64,000 nt of DNA. It comes from Antedon mediterranea. Taxonomy: Eukaryota > Animalia > Echinodermata. Under the pieces are notes generated by a model that worked only from the letters and a program-made list of their open reading frames with translations, did no database searches and had not been told where the DNA came from. The position numbers were made by a program, and so were the translations under genes. Shown piece by piece: positions 25,350-35,282 of the stretch (positions are counted from its first letter, which is position 1; each line of letters opens with the position of its first letter). The stretch covers positions 22,751,648-22,815,647 of the forward strand of contig NC_092673.1 in NCBI RefSeq assembly GCF_964355755.1, read 5' to 3'.

Positions 25350-26135
25350 ATACCCATATCACAAACTGACAAACAGAAACATCTTGGCATTCACATTGAT
25401 TCAAATTTATATTTTTCTTTTCATGTAAATAAACTCCGTTCCAAATGGGCTTGTCCATCTCCATCTTATCGCATGCTCGGTCATTTCATTAATAAACACA
25501 CATCTATACTCCTCTATAACACTATAATCCTCCCACACATTGACTATTGATGTAGTGTTTGGGGAATCAGATCGAATATTGACCGAATACAGACCATTCA
25601 AAATAGAGCACTTCGCATTATCCTTAAAGCTCATCCTCTCACACCACGAACTAACATTTACAACACCTTAAATCTTCATACAGTCCAAGATCGCATGCAT
25701 CTACAACTGGGCTGCCTTGCCTACAGGTCTGCAAATGGTCTTGCTCCGGAATACCTTGCCCTGCGTCTTGCCAGAATTCCAAATCATCGATGTACCCAAA
25801 GTGTCAGTGAGAGGAAATTTGTCGTCCCTTTCCCTAAAACAGAAACTTTTAAGAACAGCTTCATCTATAGAGCACCAACATACCTGAATTTGCTACCCAC
25901 CAAACTAAGAAATGCGGTAACAATAAATAATTTTAAGTCTGCTCTAAAAAAATATTTAATCCCAAAAGAAAAAACTCAACTTTTTGTATAGTATTGAGAC
26001 TATATTTTTGTATTTAAGTACATAATATATATTTTATATTTTTTTAACATAGTTCATCCGTTTTTTCATATATGTTTTTGACTGTCTGCATATGTTGCTT
26101 AGGGTCACCCTCACAAAATAAGGTTTAATAAAAAA
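25350..26135 (+). mobile_element. 5'-truncated LINE (CR1/L2-group) 3' fragment inserted in the left arm of the 9.8-kb element
   Basis: PISQTDKQKHLGIHIDSNL (RT thumb KxLGxxxD) at ~25354. ORF 25695-25991 (NGLAPEYL...KTETFKNSFIYRAP..LNLLP..FKSALK) is a typical LINE ORF2 C-terminus. A-rich tail at ~26127-26140. Confidence 0.85.
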
Positions 26136-26410
26136 ATAAAATAGAAATAAAGTCACTAAATTTTAATATCTTTTCGTATGTTAATACAATGTGCTCAAGT
26201 GGACCCAATTTGGCCCCAGTGGAGCACAGTAATATAAAATAGAAATAAAGTCACTACATTTTAATATATTTTCGTATAAAACACTGTGCTCAAGTGGACA
26301 CAATTTGGTACCAGGGGAACAGTGATATAAAATAGAAATAATGTCACTCAAGTTTCAATCTTTTCGTATGTTAATACACTCTGCTCAAGTGGACCCAATT
26401 TGGCACCAGT
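26136..26410. repeat. 97-bp subterminal repeat, ~3 copies (left arm, inverted relative to right arm)
   Basis: GTGCTCAAGTGGACCCAATTTGGCACCAG...GATATAAAATAGAAATAAAGTCACT units. Confidence 0.88.
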
Positions 26411-28395
26411 GGATTTTTTTTAAATGGGAAATAATGAATATTGTTTTTATTTTGAAAGAGAGATATTTTGAGGATTGTAAATGTCAAGTTGAACTTTTTT
26501 TAAATCAGAAACAAAGTTGCATGGCATTATTTTCCATTAAATAGACTGCCATAAAACCTCTAAAAGAAGCCCATGTGCTCCTTCATTTTCAATACTCTTG
26601 GGTGGGCTTCTTTTCCACATGGAGTTCTTTTCGAGATTACTTTTGCAAACTAAACGAGGGGAACTGCTAGCTTCCCGCCTGGAAAATATTTTATTTACAT
26701 GATTTGAAAAATCTTCTAATGTAAATAACAACATCAAAATTTAACAGTGTGGCATGTTGACCGCGAATGACTAACATACCATCTTTACCATAATACACCT
26801 GCACAGACTCATTTGCATAACAACGTACGCACATACCAAACTGTTTAAAATAGAGCTACAAGGTACCCGAAAATGACATCTATTATGTTTTCAAACAACA
26901 TGCATAAGAACCTTCAGTGCCCCACCATGCTTGGGGCTGAGCAAAGACAATTTTGGAAAAAAGAGAGCTGTATACAGTAGGTTCCCGCCCGAAAAATGGC
27001 GTTACATAATTTGAATGAAACAAACTATATAAAACTCACCAGGACAATATATGAGCTTGTCCCCGGAAAGTGCACCTATTCATTGAAATATAAAATTAAA
27101 TATTAAGTCTCTACTAGCCCATCCATGGTTGAGGCAGAGCAATAAAAATAGAGCCCAGAAATGCACTTACTTATACTTATTACTATACATAGTCACCTAT
27201 GATAATTATGATAATGTTAAAATTTCAACTATCCAGATGCGACTTCAACATTTTAGGTGGGGTTTTCTACTTTAAAAACTCGACTTCGATGGCCTAGCTC
27301 TGCGGCGGAATTAGTCTAAGCTTTGAAATTGGTCTGGAAATCGGCATCTTTGCAAATGTTCTATATTTGATCTTATTTCACTCTCCATTAACCTCATACA
27401 AAAACCATAGGAGACTATCTCTTTAAAACATGTTTATTCTGGGACGGTGCGGCCATACACACCAACTACTATGAAGAATCGGACATTTCGCTACCAATGT
27501 TGCAACATTGATTAACAAAATCAAAATTTAACAGTGGGGCGCGTTGACCGCGAATGACTAACAATACCATCTTTCCCACTACACCTGCACAAACTCTTTT
27601 GTATAACAACGAACGGCATACCAAACTATGATGAGAGATACATTCTCTTCTCAACACGTAACTCGTAACGAAATAATTAATTCCTTTTTTACATTAAAAT
27701 TGAGGCCGCTAAACATAAAAGTTACGAGATCAAATACATGTAGCGAAAGCCAAAAAAAGAGTAAAAATTGTGCTCTTCTTGCCTCAGCACTAAGGCCCTG
27801 CTTTAGTTTGTGGTGTAACGTGTAATGCTCAGTTTTGAGTGGTATCAGCTGGAGTTCGAACCTCTACGGATATTTTTTTTATGAATATTGGTTTTTTTTT
27901 AAAGAGAGATATTTGGAGGGTTGAAAATGTCAGGCCTGGACAAGTGGACCTTAAATCATAAACAAAAGTGTATGGCATTCATTTTTCCATTAAATAGACA
28001 ACATAACACCCCGAATGTTCCTCATTTGTTAGTAAACTTTTATTCACAACATAATATCAGTAGGCCTACAATACAATATCTTGCATGAAACGGATATTTA
28101 AAAATACACTATAATGTGTAACGGTAGAATTATAATTATAATGTAAAAGATTAACAAAATAAAAATTCAACACTGTTGTGTGTTGATCGCGAATGACTAA
28201 CAATACCATCTTTCCCACAGCACATGTGAACACTCATTTGCATAACAAACGCACGGCATACCAAACTACGATGAGATAAAATTAATTCTCTTCTAAACAC
28301 GTAACGAAGAGAATTAATTCTATCTTTTTACATTAAAATAAATTGAGGGCGCTAAACATCAAATTTAAACCATCAAAGAAGTTGACGAGAGCCAC

Positions 28396-28653
28396 AAAAA
28401 AAAAGATGGTAAATGTGCTCTCCCTGCCTCAGCACTAAGGCCCTGCCACAGCCTTTTGGGATCGTTTCCACCACATCACCAGATGCATTGATGTTGTCGC
28501 CTCATGATGTGTGGTGGAAAGGGGACGTATGATCTGTGAACCCCAAACACAGTGGCTCACATAGCCTTAACTCTATTCCACCGACCAGCGTGGGAATCGA
28601 ACCCACGACATACGTGTGTTAACACGACGCTCAGACGACTGAGCTAACTGATC
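28396..28653 (-). ncRNA. Putative Pol III RNA: tRNA-Ile(AAT)-like head (28582-28653) plus nested hairpin plus oligo-T, copy 1
   Basis: GATCAGTTAGCTCAGTCGTCTGAGCG...GTGGGTTCGATTCCCACGCTGGTC has A box, B box and acceptor/D/T stems with a 6-nt anticodon loop. No T4 run until the terminal T9. Confidence 0.65.
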
Positions 28654-28747
28654 ATTTTGGTTTTAGCAAGGTTAATAGAATATTTATGACGTAATGATGA
28701 ATTACGTAATACAGTACACGTATAAATAGACTATTATCAGCTGTTCA

Positions 28748-28833
28748 GTCATGTTCCAGTTTGTGATGCAACGGGTAATGTTCAGTTTTGAGTGCTATCA
28801 GTTGGGGTTCGAACCTAGACGGATATTTTTTTT
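28748..28833 (+). ncRNA. Short A-box/B-box Pol III-type RNA, copy 1
   Basis: TATAAATA at 28721, degenerate A box TGATGCAACGG, B box GGTTCGAACC, T8 end. Confidence 0.4.
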
Positions 28834-30107
28834 ATGAATATTGGTTTTTTAATTTTTTATTTTGTATGGCATTCACTTTTCCATTAAATAGACACCATAA
28901 AACCCCAAAAATAGCCCATGTGTTCCTCTTTTTTTAGTACTCTTGGGTACGATGGGCTTCTTTTAAAAAACGGGTAAGCTTCTTTTCCGCATGGGGTTCT
29001 TTTCAAGATTACTTTTGCAAAATAAAGGAGGGGAGCTTCTAGGTTCCCGCCCGGAAAATTGTATCTTTACATGATTTGAATTTCTAATAAAGATTAGCAA
29101 AATCAAAATTTAACTTTTAAATTTAATTTTGTGGCGTGTTCACCGCGAATGACTAACAATGCCATCTTCCCCATTACACCTGCACAAACTCATTTGCATA
29201 ACAACGCACGGCATACCAAACTGTTTAAAACAACTACAAGGTTCCCAGAAATGACACCTATAGTATTTTGAAACATGATATATAAGAGTCTTCACTCCCC
29301 ACCGTGATTGGGGCTGAGCAAAGACAATTTAAAAAAAATATTTATTGAAATATGAAATTAAATATTAAGTCTCCAGTTAAGCTCACCATGGTTGGGGCAG
29401 AGATAAGAATGAAAGCTTATTCTCCGGAAATTATGAAACGAAATATATAAGTCTTCAGGACCAGCCATACAATGGTGACTGTTTCCCAAGTGTGAGACAT
29501 GCAATGCACGCGGCCGTGAAGGTAACAAAATTATGAAATACAAACAGAGCTAGCACACAAAAGCCTACTTACTAATTTTAATATTTCTATAATTTAGAAA
29601 ACAATTACAATTATCACCTTTGATAATTATAATGTTAAATTTCAACTATCCAGATGCGAATTTTAGGTTGGGTTTTAAAAAACTTGACTTTATATGCTTC
29701 AATTTCGAAGATCTGCTTAAAACATATTTATTTATTTATTCTACCATAAACTTTTATTCACAACATAATATCAGTAGGCCTACAATACAATATCTTGCAT
29801 GAAACGGATATTTAAAAATACACTATAATGTGTAACGGTAGAATTATAATTATAATGTAAAAGATTAACAAAATAAAAATTCAACACTGTTGTGTGTTGA
29901 TCGCGAATGACTAACAATACCATCTTTCCCACAGCACATGTGAACACTCATTTGCATAACAAACGCACGGCATACCAAACTACGATGAGATAAAATTAAT
30001 TCTCTTCTGAACACGTAACGAAGAGAATTAATTCTATCTTTTTACATTAAAATAAATTGAGGGCGCTAAACATCAAATTTAAACCATCAAAGAAGTTGGC
30101 GGGAGCC

Positions 30108-30368
30108 AAAAAAAAAAAGATGGTAAATGTGCTCTCCCTGCCTCAGCACTAAGGCCCTGCCACAGCCTTTTGGGGTCGTTTCCACCACATCACCAGATGC
30201 ATTGATGTTGTCGCCTCATGATGTGTGGTGGAAAGGGGGACGTATGATCTGTGAACCCCAAACACAGTGGCTCGCATAGCCTTAACTCTATTCCACCGAC
30301 CAGCGTGGGAATCGAACCCACGACATACGTGTGTTAACACGACGCTCAGACGACTGAGCTAACTGATC
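30108..30368 (-). ncRNA. Putative Pol III tRNA-headed hairpin RNA, copy 2
   Basis: As copy 1. Head at 30297-30368, terminal T11. Confidence 0.65.
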
Positions 30369-30457
30369 ATTTTGGTTTTAGCAAGGTTAATAGAATATTT
30401 ATGACGTAATGATGAATTACGTAATACACGTATAAATAGACTATTATCAGCTGTTCA
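30369..30457. promoter_or_regulatory. Putative bidirectional Pol III upstream region (present in every array unit)
   Basis: TATTTAT-GACGTAAT...ATTACGTAAT..TATAAATA: outward-facing TATA-like boxes ~27-34 nt from each RNA start, with ATF/CRE-like TGACGTAA and TTACGTAA sites between them. Confidence 0.45.
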
Positions 30458-30543
30458 GTCATGTTCCAGTTTGTGGTGCAACGGGTAATGCTCAGTTTTG
30501 AGTGCTATCAGTTGGGGTTCGAACCTCGACGGATATTTTTTTT
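30458..30543 (+). ncRNA. Short A-box/B-box Pol III-type RNA, copy 2
   Basis: TATAAATA at 30431, TGGTGCAACGG, GGTTCGAACC, T8 end. An internal TTTT is a caveat. Confidence 0.45.
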
Positions 30544-31822
30544 ATGAATATTGTTTTTTTTTGTTTTTTTTTTATTTTGTATGGCATTCACTTTTCCATT
30601 AAATAGACACCATAAAACCCCAAAAATAGCCCATGTGTTCCTCATTTTTTAGTACTCTTGGGTACGATGGGCTTCTTTTAAAAAACGGGTAAGCTTCTTT
30701 TCCGCATGGGATTCTTTTCAAGATTACTTTTGCAAAATAAAGGAGGGGCCGGAGCTTCTAGGTTCCCGCCCGGAAAATTGTATCTTTACATGATTTGAAT
30801 TTCTAATAAAGATTAGCAAAATCAAAATTTAACTTTTAAATTTAATTTTGTTGCGTATTCACCGCGAATGACTAACAATGCCATCTTCCCCATTACACCT
30901 GCACAAACTCATTTGCATAACAACGCACGGCATACCAAACTGTTTTAAACAACTACAAGGTCCCCAGAAATGACACCTATAGTATTTTGAAACATGATAT
31001 ATAAGAGTCTTCACTCCCCACCGTGATTGGGGCTGAGCAAAGACAATTTAAAAAAAATATTTATTGAAATATGAAATTAAATATTATGTCTCCAGTTAAG
31101 CTCACCATGGATGGGGCAGAGATAAGAATGAAAGCTTATTCCCCGGAAATTATGAAACGAAATATATAAGTCTTCAGGACCAGCCATACAATGGTGACTA
31201 TTTCCCAAGTGTGAGACATGCAATGCACGCGGCCGTAAATTATGAAATACAAACAGAGCTAGCACACAAAAGCATACTTACTAATTTTAATATTTCTATA
31301 ATTTAGAAAACAATTACAATTATCACCTTTGATAATCATAGGCCTAATGTTAAATTTCAACTATCCAGATGCGAATTTTAGGTTGGGTTTTAAAAAACTT
31401 GACTTCACATGCTTCAATTTCGAAGATCTGCTTAAAATATATTTATTTATTTATTCTACCATAAACTTTTATTCACAACATAATATCAGTAGGCCTACAA
31501 TACAATATCTTGCATGAAACGGATATTTAAAAATACACTATAATGTGTAACGGTAGAATTATAATTATAATGTAAAAGATTAACAAAATAAAAATTCAAT
31601 AGTGTTGTGTGTTGATCGCGAATGACTAACAATACCATCTTTCCCACAGCACTAGTGAACACTCATTTGCATAACAAACGCACGGCATACCAAACTACGA
31701 TGAGATAAAATTAATTCTCTTCTGAACACGTAACGAAGAGAATTAATTCTATCTTTTTACATTAAAATAAATTGAGGGCGCTAAACATCAAATTTAAACC
31801 ATCAAAGAAGTTGGCGAGAGCC

Positions 31823-32082
31823 AAAAAAAAAAGATGGTAAATGTGCTCTCCCTGCCTCAGCACTAAGGCCCTGCCACAGCCTTTTGGGGTCGTTTCCACC
31901 ACATAACCAGATGCATTGATGTTGTCGCCTCATGATGTGTGGTGGAAAGGGGGACGTATGATTTGTGAACCCCAAACACAGTGGCTCGCATAGCCTTAAC
32001 TCTATTCCACCGACCAGCGTGGGAATCGAACCCACGACATACGTGTGTTAACACGACGCTCAGACGACTGAGCTAACTGATC
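31823..32082 (-). ncRNA. Putative Pol III tRNA-headed hairpin RNA, copy 3
   Basis: As copy 1. Head at 32011-32082. Confidence 0.65.
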
Positions 32083-32171
32083 ATTTTGGTTTTAGCAAGG
32101 TTAATAGAATATTTATCACGTAATGATGAATTACGTAATACACGTATAAATAGACTATTATCAGCTGTTCA

Positions 32172-32257
32172 GTCATGTTCCAGTTTGTGGTGCAACGGGT
32201 AATGCTCAGTTTTGAGTGCTATCAGTTGGGGTTCGAACCTCGACGGATATTTTTTTT
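32172..32257 (+). ncRNA. Short A-box/B-box Pol III-type RNA, copy 3
   Basis: As copy 2. TATA at 32145. Confidence 0.45.
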
Positions 32258-33535
32258 ATGAATATTGTTTTTTTTTGTTTTTTTTTTTATTTTGTATGGC
32301 ATTCACTTTTCCATTAAATAGACACCATAAAACCCCAAAAATAGCCCATGTGTTCCTCATTTTTTAGTACTCTTGGGTACGATGGGCTTCTTTTAAAAAA
32401 CGGGTAAGCTTCTTTTCCGCATGGGATTCTTTTCAAGATTACTTTTGCAAAATAAAGGAGGGGCCGGAGCTTCTAGGTTCCCGCCCGGAAAATTGTATCT
32501 TTACATGATTTGAATTTCTAATAAAGATTAGCAAAATCAAAATTTAACTTTTAAATTTAATTTTGTGGCGTGTTCACCGCGAATGACTAACAATGCCATC
32601 TTCCCCATTACACCTGCACAAACTCATTTGCATAACAACGCACGGCATACCAAACTGTTTTAAACAACTACAAGGTCCCCAGAAATGACACCTATAGTAT
32701 TTTGAAACATGATATATAAGAGTCTTCACTCCCCACCGTGATTGGGGCTGAGCAAAGACAATTTAAAAAAAATATTTATTGAAATATGAAATTAAATATT
32801 ATGTCTCCAGTTAAGCTCACCATGGATGGGGCAGAGATAAGAATGAAAGCTTATTCCCCGGAAATTATAAAACGAAATATATAAGTCTTCAGGACCAGCC
32901 ATACAATGGTGACTATTTCCCAAGTGTGAGACATGCAATGCACGCGGCTGTAAATTATGAAATACAAACAGAGCTAGCACACAAAAGCATACTTACTAAT
33001 TTTAATATTTCTATAATTTAGAAAACAATTACAATTATCACCTTTGATAATCATAGGCCTAATGTTAAATTTCAACTATCCAGATGCGAATTTTAGGTTG
33101 GGTTTTAAAAAACTTGACTTCACATGCTTCAATTTCGAAGATCTGCTTAAAATATATTTATTTATTTATTCTACCATAAACTTTTATTCACAACATAATA
33201 TCAGTAGGCCTACAATACAATATCTTGCATGAAACGGATATTTAAAAATACACTATAATGTGTAACGGTAGAATTATAATTATAATGTAAAAGATTAACA
33301 AAATAAAAATTCAACAGTGTTGTGTGTTGATCGCGAATGACTAACAATACCATCTTTCCCACAGCACATGTGCACACACATTTGCATAACAAACGCACGG
33401 CATACCAAACTACGATGAGATAAAATTAATTCTCTTCTAAACACGTAACGAAGAGAATTAATTCCCTTTTTTGTACATTAGAATAAATTGAGGGCGCTAA
33501 ACATAAAATTTAAACCATCAAAGAAGTTGAGAGCC

Positions 33536-33782
33536 AAAAAAAAAGATGGTAAATGTGCTCTTCCTGCCTCAGCACTAAGGCCCTGCCACAGCCTTTTGGG
33601 GTCGTTTCCACCACATCACCAGATGCATTGATGTTGTCGCCTCATGATGTGTGGTGGAAAGGGGGACGTATGATCTGTGAACCCCAAACATAGCCTTAAC
33701 TCTATTCCACCGACCAGCGTGGGAATCGAACCCACGACATACGTGTGTTAACACGACGCTCAGACGACTGAGCTAACTGATC
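33536..33782 (-). ncRNA. Putative Pol III tRNA-headed hairpin RNA, copy 4 (12-nt internal deletion)
   Basis: Head at 33711-33782. Lacks CAGTGGCTCGCA (plus-strand reading) near 33690. Confidence 0.55.
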
Positions 33783-33871
33783 ATTTTGGTTTTAGCAAGG
33801 TTAATACAATATTTATTACGTAATGATCAATTACGTAATACACGTATAAATAGACTATTATCAGCTTTTCA

Positions 33872-33955
33872 GTCGTGTACTTGGTGGCGTAACGGGTAAT
33901 GCTCAGTTTTGAGTGCTATCGGCTGGGGTTCGAACCTCGACGGATATTTCTTTTT
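33872..33955 (+). ncRNA. Short A-box/B-box Pol III-type RNA, copy 4 (best A box)
   Basis: TATA at 33845, A box TGGCGTAACGG, B box GGTTCGAACC, T-rich end. A fifth diverged copy lies at ~27803-27880. Confidence 0.45.
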
Positions 33956-34043
33956 AATATTGTTTTTTTTTTAAATAGAGATATGTGACACTGTATTGTC
34001 GAACATGTATGATACCATACCGGTAAGTATTCAAATATGCTTA

Positions 34044-34822
34044 ATACGAAAAGATATTAAAATTCAGTGACTTATTTCTATTTTATATCACCGTGCTCCA
34101 TTGGCTCCAAGTTGGGTCCACTTAAGCACAGTGTATTAACATACGAAAAGATATTAAAATTCCGTGAATTATTTCTATTTTATATCACTGTGCTCGCCTG
34201 GTGCCAAATTGGGTACACTTGAGTACATTGTATTAAAATACGAAAAGATATTACAATTCAGTGACTTATTTCTATTTTATATCACTGTGCTCCACTGACG
34301 CCAAATTGGGTCCACTTGAGCACAGTGTATTAAAATACAAAAAGATATTAACATTCAGTGAATTATTTCTATTTTATATCAATGTGCTTCCCTGGTATCA
34401 AATTGGGTCCACTTGAGCACAGTGTATTAAAATACGAAAAGATATTAAAATTCAGTGACTTATTTCTATTTTATATCACTGTGCTCCCCTGGCTCCAAAT
34501 AGGGTTCAATTGAGCAAAGTGTATTAAAATACGAAAAGATATTAAAATTCAGTGACTTGTTTCTATTTTATATCACTATGCTCCCCTGGCTCCAAATTGG
34601 GTCCACATGAGCACAATGTAATAACATACGAAACGATATTAAAATTAGTGACTTTATTTCTATTTTATATCACTGTGCTCCACTGGCTCCAAATTGTGTC
34701 CACTTGAGCACAGTGTATTAGCATACGAAAAGATATTAACATTCAATGACTTGTTTCTATTTATATCACTGTGCTCCACTGGCTCCAAATTGGGTCCACT
34801 TGAGCACAGTGTATTAACATAC
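34044..34822. repeat. 97-bp subterminal tandem repeat, ~8 copies (right arm)
   Basis: ATAC(G/A)AAA(A/C)GATATT recurs at 34044, 34141, 34238, 34335, 34432, 34529, 34626 and ~34723. Reverse-complement copies lie at ~25262-25348 and ~26136-26410. Confidence 0.92.
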
Positions 34823-35282
34823 GGTGCTAAATTTGGTCCACTGAACCAGTTACCGTAGTACTATTTCTATTTCGGAACTAAATAAAGGCATAAATGGCGC
34901 TCCATAGAAGTAGAGAATGCTCGATCGTCGAAATGATGCTCTGAATATACCTCGCATGTGTGTGTGTGTGTTTTTGTTTACGTTTTGTAACACGTGCTCC
35001 AGTAGTAGTATAGCGCCGCTAATCTTTGGTGGCGCTATATCCGAGTCTTTTCCCGTTGTTAACGTACGTATCGGTGGTAGGCCTAGCCTAGCTAGCCTCT
35101 AGACCTAGGCCTACTGTACAGGTTTTCAAGTTTAATTACATTTTCTAGTAGCTAGCTAGGATACCCTATATATATATATATAGTAAGTAGTAGTAGGCCT
35201 AGCTAGTAGGCCTAGCCAGGCTAGGTAGGCTAGCCAAATGTCAATGACGGAATGTAGGCCTGCCCTTGGGCCTACTAGCTAG

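Larger units (their letters stand above)
28033..33975. repeat. ~1714-bp tandem array, ~3.5 near-identical units, plus an older degenerate unit at ~26410-28030
   Basis: Landmarks recur at 28033/29747/31462/33177 and 28415/30129/31843/33555. Confidence 0.95.
25151..34953. mobile_element. 9.8-kb non-autonomous foldback/TIR DNA element carrying a Pol III RNA-gene array
   Basis: Ends GAGGTATATTCAGAGC...GCTCTGAATATACCTC with ~140 bp of alignable TIR. Inverted 97-bp subterminal repeats at both ends. Direct repeat GCATGTG at 25144-25150 and 34954-34960. Confidence 0.88.

Noticed and set aside
28396-28581. Telomerase RNA, RNase P/MRP, U-snRNA or hammerhead identity for the hairpin RNA
   Set aside because: No CTAACCCTAA template, no GGAAAGTC-type P4 motif, no Sm site and no CTGANGA/GAAA core visible.
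28582-28653. Functional tRNA-Val(AAC) or tRNA-Ile gene
   Set aside because: The anticodon loop is 6 nt, the D-loop lacks the GG pair, and the transcript runs ~180 nt past the cloverleaf.
30149-33398. Recurrent 60-77 aa ORFs in the 1.71-kb array
   Set aside because: Several start at non-ATG codons, they overlap the RNA genes, some are broken by indels between copies, and none has a recognisable motif.
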